51,557 nt of DNA from Octopus bimaculoides (GCF_001194135.2 NC_069005.1:30567461-30619017), one strand, 5' to 3'. Positions 36,200 through 46,470 are shown, counted from the stretch's first letter. Numbers and translations: made by a program. The notes: generated from the sequence alone by a model not told the origin.

Positions 36200-36433
36200 A
36201 CATTATTTACATTTGACAGATATTTGTCCTCATCTTGTTTGTTGCTAACACAACATTTCGGCTGATATACCCTCCAGCCTTCATCAGGTGTCTTGGGGAA
36301 AGTTTCGAACTTGGGTTCTCATTCCTAAGGTATTTTTCGATGTTGTTATTATTATTCAGGTCACTGCCTGGAATTGAACTCGGAATCTTGGAGTTAGTAG
36401 CCCACGCTCTTAACCACTACACCATATGCCCAT
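36200..36433 (-). mobile_element. SINE-like element with a tRNA-like head and an internal minimal hammerhead ribozyme motif (most complete copy)
   Basis: Minus strand: GGGCATATGGTGTAGTGGTTAAGA (A box, 36424-36414) ... GAGTTCAATTCC (B box, 36381-36370), an (AAT)n linker, then GACAC-CTGATGA-A-GGCTG..CAGCC-GAAA-TGTT-GTGTT (36292-36247). Confidence 0.75.
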
Positions 36434-37659
36434 AAACATAGTGGTTAAGAACACAGCTACTGACCCCAAGATTCCGAGTTCGATTCCAGGAGTGACCTGA
36501 ATAATAATAGTGTTGGTGTGTTTACATTCCCTGTAACTTAGCAGTTCTGCAAAAGAGACCAATAGAATTAAGTCCCAGGCTAAAAAGAAATGATAGTAAT
36601 GGAAGTTGATTCATTCAACAAAGAGTTCTTCAAGGCAGTGCTCCAGCATGGCTGCAATCTAGTGACTGAAGCAAATAAAAAGATGGAGCAGGTAAAAAAA
36701 ATATGTTTGTGGCATGTAAACAGCGTCATCCAAACGTGGCCGATGCCAGTGCCACCTTGACTGGTTCCCGTGCTGGTGGCACATAAAAAGCACCATCCGA
36801 ACCTGGTCGATGCCAGCCCCCTCTGGCCCCTGTGCCAGTGGCACATAAAAAAGCACTCTCTACACCCTTGGAGTGGTTGGCGTTAGGAAGGGCATCCAGC
36901 TGTAGAAATACTGCCAGATGAGACTGGAGGCTGGTGCAGTACGGAAAATGGATGTTAAGCGATGATGATGATGTGCACTTGTGCCACCGACATATAAAAT
37001 GCCCTTGTGCTGATGGCACATAAAAAGCACCCATGCTGGTGGCACGTAAGATGTACCCAGCACACTCTAAGGTGTTTGGCAGTAGGAAGGGCATCCAGCC
37101 CTAGAAATCATGCCACAACAGACAATTAGAGCCTGGACAGCTCTCTGATTTTCCATCTCCTTTCAAACTGTCCAACCCAAGCCAGCATGCAAAATAAAAA
37201 CAGTTGGAGATATAATTCATAAACTCCTCTGAAATATTTAGGCAGAGGCATGACTGGTAAGAAGTTTGCTTCCCAACTGCATGGTTCTGGGTTCAGTCCC
37301 CCTGCATTACACCTTAGACAAGTCTCTTCTACTATAGCCTCAGGCCAACCAAAGTCTTGTGAGTGGATTTGGTAGACAGAAACTGAAAGAAACCCCTCCT
37401 TGGTGTGTGTTTGTCCTCCTCCACCACCACTTCACAACTGGTGTTGGTGCATTTACACCCCTATAACTTAGCGGTTTGGCAAATGAGATTGATGGAATAA
37501 GTCCCAGGGGTCAATTTATTCAGCTAAAACTTCTTCAAGGCATTGCCCCAGCATGGCCACAGTCTAATGACTGAAACAAGTAAAAGACAAAAATGGATAA
37601 AATTTGCCTTTATTACTTTCTTCATTCCTTTATTAATTTTGTCTTCTATTTCTTTCCAG

Positions 37660-40058
37660 AAGGCACCCAACCTGTGGAGAGCGTTGCAGAATTTGAGCTG
37701 CGAGAACGTGCTTTAATTCATGGTTACAATGCCGAGATAGCAAAGTACAAGCTATTGGTTCGAAGACTTCGTCAAGAACTTGGCTTTCGCAACACCAGTC
37801 ACCTCTCGCCAAATAAAAGCTTACGTCCCGACCTCAACAGTTGTCTGGAACAAAACGAACTGAAGCAGTATTTACTGCGACAGGTAAAGAAACTTCAAGA
37901 AGAACTGGACAAGAACTCTCAGTGCGTGTCTGAGTTGCTTCATGAACTCGAAGTTAAGAAGGCTGCTGAGACGGATTTGGAACAGAGGTTAGAGAAAGAA
38001 GCGATGGGACACCAACAAGCAAAAGCTGCTGTGTCTGAGATGAGAGAGAAGCTGAAGAAATTGAATGAAAGATGTCGTTCGTCGTCTTTCGAAGCTGAAA
38101 AGACTTATTTAAAGATCAACAGTGAGATGTTTGACAGCGGAAATCATGTTCTGTCTTGCAAAGAGGACAAAGATGAGGAGTTTGCTTTAGGTGTTAAGAA
38201 ATCTGATGAAAACCAGTCTGACCATAGTGATGGGAACAAGAAAGAAAGCAACAAGGAAGCGAGGAATAAAATGGTGAAGACGAAGAGAGAGAGTCCGCTT
38301 TTGAGCATTGAAAATCAAAATGACGTGAAACTGTCCGTGTTTGATAATCATAACTTGAAGGATAAGATAATTAATAAGAATAAGGAAATCTTGAAATTAC
38401 AAGAGACACTGCTTTCATATTCAGAACTGGACTCCAAATATCAAAAGAAAACGAAAGAAAATGAGGAATTTTTATGCAAAGTTCAAAAGCATGAAACTCT
38501 TGAACGTGATCTTAAAAAGAAAGTGAAACATTTAGAAGAAAAAGTCGAAAAGATTGTGGTGTTTGAAGTTGAAATAGAGAGCCAAGTTGCAATCATTAAG
38601 CACCTTCAAACAGCGGTGGATGAGAAGTCTAAATTGTTGTCTGATCTTCAGAGTCAGAATGGTGGAGAAAGTCCCATGTTGAAACGGAAGATGGAAGAGA
38701 TGCAAACTGTGATGGAAGGTTTGCGTGAAATGGTTGATGACAGCACAAAAGAACTGGCCAAAAATAACGAGAAACTCAGTGATCTGGAAAACAAGGAAAA
38801 GATGGTGTCTTCTCTTCAGACAGAATTGGAAACATTGAAGTCTGAGGCTAAGATTAAGTCTGATTCTCTTCAGAGTAAACTCGATGAGTTGCAAACTGAG
38901 AAAGACAAGGTTTTCAAAGGAAAAGATTGTTTAGAGAATGAAGTGATTCAGCTGAAAGAGCTTGTTGAGAAGAAAACACAAGAAATGTCTAGTTTGAGAA
39001 CAGAGCTGAAAGCCAAAGACATTGAGAGCGAGAAAGAAAATGTGTTGGTTATCAATAATTTGAAGAATACATTACACAATGCAGTAAGTGAACGAGAAAG
39101 TGTGGTACAGGAATTGGCAGAAGCTAAAGGGAAACTGTTGGGCAAAGATGAAGAAATCTGCCAAATGTCGAAAAAGATTGAGGAATATGAAAAAAAATTA
39201 GAAGACTCAAAGACTGAATTGGAAGCTGTTCAGGAAAAGAAGAGTATTGAAAGTGATGCTTTGAATGATATAATTAATGAGATGAACAACAAAATAGCTA
39301 GCATGAACCTACTGAAGGAAAAACTTCAGAAAGAAATAATGAATGTTGCAGAACATTTGAAATCTTTGAAAACAGAACTGGCTACAGTTCGCCAAATGAA
39401 GTTAGACATGGATGATAATGTAAAGAGTTATATGGCACATCTGAAGTCTAACCTGAGTGAAATTACTGGTCTTACAGCAGCTGCTGCTCACTGTGATAAA
39501 TCAATGTTAACCGATTTAGAGATGCTGCCTGAAAAGAAGGAAATTGAATCTCTGAATTTGAAGATAGTTGACTTGGAGAAAGATCTGGAAGACAATGTTC
39601 ATATGAGAGAAAATTTCATGACTGAAATTTCCTGCCTTGTAGCATCATTGAAGAATAAAGACCAACAAATAGAAAATTTAACCAAGGAAAAAATCCAGGC
39701 GTCTGAGAAAGAATCTTCAGAGAAGAAAGTAAATCTTGTTGAAAGTGATGTTGGATCTGAACACACGAGGAATCGATTGTCCGGTGAGAAATCCGATGGT
39801 CTGAGTTCATCATCGATTGAGAAACAACAGCACCACCAGGTGTCACCAACAAAGCAGGACAACCAATCACCACCACTGAAGAAACCAGCCCGTCAGTCAG
39901 CGCCAACGAAGCCAAGAAGACAGTCATTATGTAAGAAACAAGATGGAGACACACAGACTTCTCCTGAGAAGCAGAACAGAGTTAAACAGGCAACTCCTGA
40001 GATGCAAGTCGGATACACACAGACGTCTCCTGAGAAGCAGGATAGACTTTCAAATACG
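37660..40058 (+). CDS. KIF20: Large coiled-coil exon L1 (about 800 aa), probably the long KIF20 isoform
   Basis: ORF 37593..40079. Polypyrimidine tract plus cag acceptor ending 37659 in phase 1; donor ACG|gtatgg in phase 0; E/K/L-rich heptad sequence. The link to KIF20 is inferred. Confidence 0.85.
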
Positions 40059-40670
40059 GTATGGAGAAGAATTTGTTGAGTTAGTAGTCTTAAAGAAATT
40101 CCTCATTTCATCAGAGTCACTTCATCTGTATTGTTACTGCAGTCTTTTATTATTGTAGTCAAGGGTTCAATCCTATTGTGCAGCACAATGTGGTCTTTTG
40201 CTATATCCCCAGGTTGACCAAAGCCTTGTGAGTGGGTTTGGTTGAAAGAATCCCATCACACACACACGCATGTACATGTGTATGTGTACAGTTGCTCAAC
40301 CTGCTAGAAATAGCAGCTAAATTGTTCTATCTTATAAAAAGATACCTTAGAAAATATCATTTTGGATATCCATCGAGCTAGCTATGCACTTGTCTGTCTA
40401 TAGCAAAGATGGTGCATGCGAGTGACGAAACCACTTTGAGCATGATCCTGTAAATCGAAAAAAGAGAGAGAGAGAGTTCTTTGCTCTCATGTGTTTATTC
40501 CCTCCCTGCCTGAGGTTACCATGGTCTTTTCTGTAGGCTTTTCATTCCACGGATAAACCGAGTCTTACCTTTTATGTTTTTAAAACTCTTCTGTGATACA
40601 CAACCCCTTTTGATAGTTTTTATTCAATTTTATTTATTTATTTTCCGATCTCTTTTGATTGGAATTTTAC

Positions 40671-40950
40671 TGTGTGGTGGTAAGTAGCTTGCTTACCAAC
40701 CACATGGTTCCAGGTTCAGTCACACTGCGTGGCACCTTGGGCAAGTGTCTTCTTACTATATCCTCGGCCCAACCAAAGCCTTGTGAGTGGATTTGGTAGA
40801 TGGAAACTGAAAGAAGCCCATCGTATACATGTGTGTGTGTGTGTTAGTCTCCACCACCATTGCTTGACAACCAATATTGGTGTGTTTATGTCCTGGGGTC
40901 AATTTGTTCGACTAAATGTGATGCTCCAACATGGCCACAGTCAAATGACT
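40671..40950 (+). mobile_element. tRNA-derived SINE, family B (other copies approx. 2500-2680-, 17025-17250+, 23322-23690-, 27834-28165+, 34695-35007+, 35152-35480-, 37245-37590+, 49155-49370+)
   Basis: GTGGTAAGTAGCTTGC...GGTTCAGTC head; shared core CCTTGTGAGTGGATTTGGTAGACGGAAACTGAAAGAAGCCC; 3' end CAGCATGGCCGCAGTCAAATGACTGAAAC. Confidence 0.8.
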
Positions 40951-41016
40951 GAAACAAGTAAAAGAATAACAATATATAGAATAAATAAAAAATATATTGG
41001 CTTTTCTCATGTTCCT

Positions 41017-41065
<49 letters not shown>

Positions 41066-41072
41066 CAAAAAG

Positions 41073-41526
41073 ACAAAGAAAGCAAAACAAGAAGAAAATG
41101 AAGAAACTATGCAGATGGATGAAGCAAATTTGGAGAACTTTGGTGACAAGCATCATGTGAACTTGAAACAAGAGCTGGGTTCGATGGCATCAAAGCTGGA
41201 GTCGTTGCAGAAGTTCTACGACGACGAGAAATCCTTAAACGATGAAATCAAGTCTGAACTGAATGAAGTCAAGGTGAAGCTGTCCGAGGTGAAAGCTTCG
41301 TATGAGGCTGAGAAATCTGTGACTCACCGGCTTCGTTATGATCTAAACGATGTGAGGAGCAGCTTGAACGAGGTGCTTGAATCGTACGAGCAGTTGAACC
41401 TATCCCGGAGCGTAGTGCTTGGCGATGACAATGAACCAAGCGCAGATGATCGACCTGAGGTTAACGAACAGGCGATAAAGTCGTTACTTAACGAGCTTAC
41501 CCAGCCACAGCGTGACATCATCAATA
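41073..41526 (+). CDS. KIF20: Coiled-coil exon L2 (TKKAKQEENEETMQMDE...QRDIIN)
   Basis: 454 nt after a T42 tract; phase 0 to 1; gtaagt donor; in frame with ORF 41109..41612. Confidence 0.83.
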
Positions 41527-41710
41527 GTAAGTATGTCCTTTGTGGATTTTTTTTCTGTCATCAAGCATGGCTGTATGGTAAGAAGCTTGTATGGTGGAGG
41601 CGCATGGCCTAGTGGTTAGGGTGTCAGCACCATGATCGTAAGATTGTGGTTTCGATTCCCGGACCGGGCAGCGCGTTGTGCTCTTGAGCAAAACACTTCA
41701 TTTCACGTTG

Positions 41711-41864
41711 CCAAGTTCAATTCCAGGCAGTGACCTGAATAATAATAATAATAATAACATCAAAAAATACCATAGGTATGAGAACCCAGGTTCGAAATTT
41801 CCCCAAAACACCTGATTAAGGCTGGAGGGTCTATCTGCCGAAACGTTAACAACAAACAAGATGA
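41711..41864 (+). mobile_element. 5'-truncated, degenerate copy of the hammerhead-bearing SINE
   Basis: B-box remnant GTTCAATTCCAGGCAGTGACC, then (AAT)n, then CTGATTA (G8 mutated) ... GAAACGTT. Confidence 0.7.
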
Positions 41865-42003
41865 CGAAGTTAGATGAAGATGATGATGTATTCATTGTGT
41901 GTTTATTATACTAACTACATGGTTAATATACTAATTATATATTTATTGTACACATTGTATATATTTCTTAAACTCACTGAATATCAATTTTATTTCTATG
42001 TAG

Positions 42004-42863
42004 CCCTTCAAAAACAAGGACAAAGTTGGAAGAGAAAGTATGAGGAAACATCATTGGAACTTGTTTCAGAGCGCCAGAAACTCTTGGACAGTCAGCATCT
42101 TCAAGACTTCTCCACCAAAGCGGAAAATAAGAAACTCAGAAAAGAACTGATATCCATTGAAAAACAGCTGAAAGACGTTCAGTCTCAACATGAAATCCAT
42201 TTGATCACCATGGAAACAGAAAGGATGACAAAAGAGTTGATCGAGGAACGTAAGCGCAGCGAGGACCGTCATCTCCAAGAGGACATGTCGAGGTTACGGC
42301 ATCAGTTGCAACTGGCGAAAGAAAACAGCGAGAAATATTCAAAGCTTAAAATCGAAGTGGAATTGTTGAGAGACGAGAATAATAGTTTGAAGAAAGAGAA
42401 ATTAGATGTTGCAGTTGATGATAAAAGTGATGAGGAGGATAATGATAAACAGGATTGTAAATCCAGTAAAGAAGACATGGATTTAGATGACATGTCAACG
42501 GTTAAAGGGAAGGAGGGTTCGGAGGAGACATCAAATGCAACGGTTACTACGCAGACAGATCTTGACAGCAAGAAAACCTGCGATACGTGTGAAATGATGA
42601 AGACCGAGAAACAACAGTTGGCTGAAAAACTCAAAGTAAGTCAGAAAAAGATTCTTGCTTTCGAAGAAGATACCAATGGTGTAGAAACACCACCGTTCAG
42701 TCGAGTCGGTAGCAGTCGACAGCTGCGACGGGAGAAGATTTTGGCAGAAACTGCTAAGATGGAAGCTGAATTTGCTCTGAAAGTTGCGCAAGAGAAGATT
42801 CTCACACTGACCAAAGACCTTGAAAAGCTTCAAGAGAATAAATGCCAAGAGCCTTCTCAAAAT
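42004..42863 (+). CDS. KIF20: Coiled-coil exon L3 (TLQKQGQSWKRKYEE...CQEPSQN)
   Basis: 860 nt; phase 1 to 0; inside ORF 41874..42884. Confidence 0.87.
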
Positions 42864-43117
42864 GTAAGATTTATCATTTTTTAACATTTTTAATGATTAG
42901 TTTTAAACATCAGTGATCAGAATTTGCATTTAGGCTTTTTGTTTTTGTTTAATTTGAAATTTAAAATATAATTCTGGAATCATCATTGTATCCTATTTTA
43001 GAGACTACTACTACTACTGCTACTGCTACTACTATTACTACTGCTGCTACTACTATTACTACTGATGGGCCTGTATTTGTTCTCTCTAACTTTTTATCTA
43101 AATTCTTTGTCACCCAG

Positions 43118-43253
43118 GAAACTTGGTCTGTGCCATCAAAGTCCTGCAGTTGCCAAACAAACGACAATTCTCTCATTGAAGATAAAAATGAATTCAAGAA
43201 ACAAAAAGATGATCTTGAAATGGAAAGAAGACGAATTGTCACATTACAACAAG
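43118..43253 (+). CDS. KIF20: Exon L4 (ETWSVPSKSCSC...RRIVTLQQ)
   Basis: 136 nt; CTCTAAC branch-like site upstream; phase 0 to 1; gtatgt donor. Confidence 0.82.
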
Positions 43254-43350
43254 GTATGTATTTAGCAATTGTTCTCTTTCTCTTTAAAAATATGAACTTT
43301 TGAACATTATTTACATTTGACGGATATTTGTCCTCATCTTGTTTGTTGTT

Positions 43351-43396
43351 AACACAACGTTTCGACTGATATACCCTCCAGCCTTCATCAGGTGTC
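43351..43396 (-). ncRNA. Minimal type-I hammerhead ribozyme motif with intact core (dimer type)
   Basis: GACAC CUGAUGA A GGCUG-GAGGGUAUAU-CAGUC GAAA CGUU GUGUU: stem I 5 bp, stem II 5 bp, palindromic AACGUU in place of helix III. Predicted cut between 43356 and 43355. Confidence 0.72.
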
Positions 43397-43540
43397 TTGG
43401 GGAAATTTCGAACCTGGGTTCTCATTCCTAAGGTATTTTTCAATGTTATTATTATTATTATTCAGGTCACTGCCTGATTATTATTATTATTATTACTATT
43501 ATACCTTAGGAATGAGAACTCAGGTTCGAAATTTCCCCAA

Positions 43541-43586
43541 GACACCTGATGAAGGCTGGAGGGTATATCGGCCAAAACGTTGTGTT
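43541..43586 (+). ncRNA. Hammerhead motif copy with G12->A core mutation (probably inactive)
   Basis: GACAC CTGATGA A GGCTG..CGGCC AAAA CGTT GTGTT. Confidence 0.6.
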
Positions 43587-43830
43587 AAGAACAAACAAGA
43601 TGAGGACAAATATCTGTCAAATGTAAATAATGTACATAATTCCTCATCTCTTAAATATTGAACTGTATGAACCTTTGAGTTGGTGTTTATCTCTAGATTT
43701 CAAAAACATTCTGTGGATGAGAGAGACACAGGTGACACAGTGTGGTTAAGAGTCGTGTGTGTGTGTGTAATCATATATAGTTACTTTTCTCTGTATTTTC
43801 ATCTGCTTTGGTCTTTTCTTTCCACTGTAG

Positions 43831-43956
43831 ATCTTCAGCAGAAGTCCTCTATTGTTGAAACCCTGAAAATGTCCCTAAAAGACCAAGATGACACCATTGT
43901 AGAGTTGGAAGATATCATGAAGAGAAGGGAGTCCAAGATCAATGCTCTTGAAGAAG
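43831..43956 (+). CDS. KIF20: Exon L5 (DLQQKSSIVETLK...KINALEE)
   Basis: 126 nt; phase 1 to 1; gtatgt donor. Confidence 0.83.
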
Positions 43957-44609
43957 GTATGTAGTTCAACGTATAGAAGACTTTCCAGATAATCCTTGCT
44001 AATCCAGGAAAACGATTTTCTACTCTGCTCTACATCAGCTCCCAGATTAAGATTTAATTTTCCAAGGTCTTTTCTCAAAGCCTTTGTTATTAAGTGTCAC
44101 TAAATGGCAGAATCAGTAGAGCTTCACAAATGAGTTCAATGTTCTATTATATACACACACATATATAATACTCTGTGGAGTGGGTGGTGTTAGGAAGGGC
44201 ATCCAGCCGTAAAAAACCCCTGCCAGAACAGACGCAGTATCCTGAGATAGACTTCTACCTGGCCGGCTCTTGTCAAACCGTCCAGCCCATGCCACTAAGC
44301 ATTTCGCCCGGCATGCTAACGTTTCTGCCAGCTCACCGCCTTAAAAATATTCTTTTTTAATCTAGGCACAAGGCCCAAAATTTTGGGGGAGGGAGCCAGT
44401 CAATTAGATCAACCCCAGTATGCAACTGGTACTTAATTTTTTTGGACCCCGAAAGGATTAAAGACAAAGTTGACCTCGGTGGAATTTGAACTCAAAACAT
44501 ACCACTAAGCATTCCACCCAGCATGTTAACAATTCTGCCATCGAAAGACTTGTAATATTAAATATTGTTTCCATCCGTAATTTTTGTGTGTGTTTCTGTT
44601 TTTCTAAAG

Positions 44610-44836
44610 AATTGCTACAAAAAGATGAAAAAGATAGAAAGGTAGTTGCCGCAACATCTGACAAATGTGCGCAATGCAGATTATCCCTTGTTGAAGGAAA
44701 CGCACCAAAAACGACGGAGTCTTCCAACGGTTCGGGGGACACCACCAAAGACGACAATCTTCAAACTGTTGTTTCACACCAAACGAAAACCATCCAAACA
44801 TTGAGTCACGAGAAATCCCAAACAGAAATGACTTGC
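44610..44836 (+). CDS. KIF20: Exon L6, 3' end lost in N-gap (ELLQKDEKDRK...EKSQTEMTC)
   Basis: tttctaaag acceptor in phase 1; reading frame open up to the gap at 44837-44991. Confidence 0.75.
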
Positions 44837-45004
44837 NNNNNNNNNNNNNNNNNNNNNNNNNNNNNNNNNNNNNNNNNNNNNNNNNNNNNNNNNNNNNNNN
44901 NNNNNNNNNNNNNNNNNNNNNNNNNNNNNNNNNNNNNNNNNNNNNNNNNNNNNNNNNNNNNNNNNNNNNNNNNNNNNNNNNNNNNNNNNNNCCCTCGTTG
45001 GTTT

Positions 45005-45288
45005 CAGCCACTGGTTTCATGCTATGGGGCATTTGTCACTCTCTCGCTCTAAATTTTAGTTTGTATTCCATTTCGAGCGTGGCCGTTTTCGTGCGGGTGA
45101 CACGTAAAAGCACCCACTACACTCTCTGAGTGGTTGGCGTTAGGAAGGGCATCCAGCTGTAGAAACTCTGCCAAATCAGACTGGAGCCTGGTGTTGCCAT
45201 CCGGTTTCACCAGTCCTCAGTCAAATCGTCCAACCCATGCTAGCATGGAAAGCGGACGTTAAACGATGATGATGATGATGATGATGAT
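45005..45288 (+). mobile_element. SINE-like family C with a (GAT)n tail (other copies approx. 8427-8697+, 22604-22800-, 29060-29460, 31253-31570-, 36720-37180+, 45717-45870+, 47490-47700-)
   Basis: Recurrent core GTTAGGAAGGGCATCCAGCTGTAGAAAC...CCAACCCATGCTAGCATGGAAAGCGGACGTTAAAC(GAT)n. Confidence 0.78.
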
Positions 45289-45378
45289 ATGTGTGTGTGT
45301 GTATAGAAAATAAATTTCTAACAATTTCAAGCAAGAAAGTGTTGTTTTTAAGAAATCTTTTGTTTCTCTTTGCTTTAG

Positions 45379-45623
45379 TAATGGAATGTGAAAGGGATTC
45401 ACTGCGAAAACGGCTGGAGATGGTTTGTGGAAAATCATTACAAAGTCCAACCACAAACACACAGGGAGCTGCTACACAGTCTCACCAAAGTCCCATGGTG
45501 AATGCCCATTCAACTGCTGGGAAATCTTTCCAAAATCCTGCAATAAAATCCACAATCGCTTCTGCAAAATCTCAGCCAAGTCCTTCAAGGATGGTGCCAT
45601 CGTCATCATCGTCATCTTCAGAG
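45379..45623 (+). CDS. KIF20: Exon L7 (MECERDSLRKRLE...SSSSSSE), S/T/P-rich
   Basis: 245 nt; tttgctttag acceptor in phase 1; GAG|gtaata donor in phase 0. Confidence 0.75.
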
Positions 45624-45840
45624 GTAATATTATTCCCCCATTCCTCATTTAATCCAACATTGCAATTACAGACATGCACATGCTCAGATTTTGATACACA
45701 CACACACACACACACATAGGAAGGGCATCCAGCTGTAGAAACTCTGCCAAATCAGACTGGAGCCTGGTGTTGCCATCCGGTTTCACCAGTCCTCAGTCAA
45801 ATCGTCCAACCCATGCTAGCATGGAAAGCGGACGTTAAAC

Positions 45841-45871
<31 letters not shown>

Positions 45872-46470
45872 CACACAGTAATACCTCGCCATATCATGGT
45901 TCACATATCATGATTTATTATTTAAGCTTACGTCTGTGGTGTTGTTTTGCATTTCTAAGGGTTGGATGTGTTATCTAACATGAACTCAGAACATAAAATA
46001 AAAGGACTAAATAAAGTTCCTTCCTGTATCTTAGCCCCTTAGGGCTAATTTCCTGGATTCTGTGATGTATATATTCTCCACCCAGTCCATCGCAGGATTA
46101 CTCATTTCTGACAGCTGAGCGGACTGGAGCAAAGGGAAATAAAGTGTTTTGCTCAAGAACAGAACATGTGGCCCGTTCCAGGAATTGAAACCACAACCTT
46201 AGGATTTTCCTCTTTAATCAACCATGACCCATGTTTGATTTGAGAAGATCTAAGAGGTCACTCTGTTCTCTTAAATTTCCTAGTACAAAAGTTGAGAACA
46301 ATAGGTTGAGGACTTGTAGGAAACTGGATTCAGTTTCGAATCCGGGCTTAAATATTTGGTAGCTGTTCACTACATCCTAACCACTAAGCCAGGTACCTCC
46401 ATGTTCCTTTGATATGGTTTAAATAATATTCATTCTTTTAGTTATGTTTATCTTAATTTCTGCCTCACAG

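Larger units (their letters stand above)
43306..43631. repeat. Inverted repeat: two 131-bp arms (43306-43436 and 43501-43631) with a 64-nt spacer
   Basis: The arms are near-perfect reverse complements; both belong to the hammerhead-bearing family. Confidence 0.92.

Noticed and set aside
36360-36431. SINE heads as genuine tRNA genes (also 839-925, 10075-10144, 41592-41665)
   Set aside because: A and B boxes are present, but I could not fold a convincing cloverleaf, and each head continues into a repeated body.
37593-37659. ATG at 37593 as the start of a standalone 828-aa gene
   Set aside because: The first 22 codons (F/Y/L-rich) are the polypyrimidine tract of a 3' splice site, and the ORF ends by read-through past a good donor at 40058.
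43392-43661. ORFs such as MSWGNFEPGFSFLRY... and MKNTLGMRTQVRNFPK... recurring at 36235, 41698 and 42961
   Set aside because: They are translations of the non-coding hammerhead-bearing repeat, with microsatellite-derived runs.
45141-45288. Family C as a second ribozyme-bearing repeat
   Set aside because: Its TGATGA matches come only from the (GAT)n tail, with no paired stem II and GAAA.
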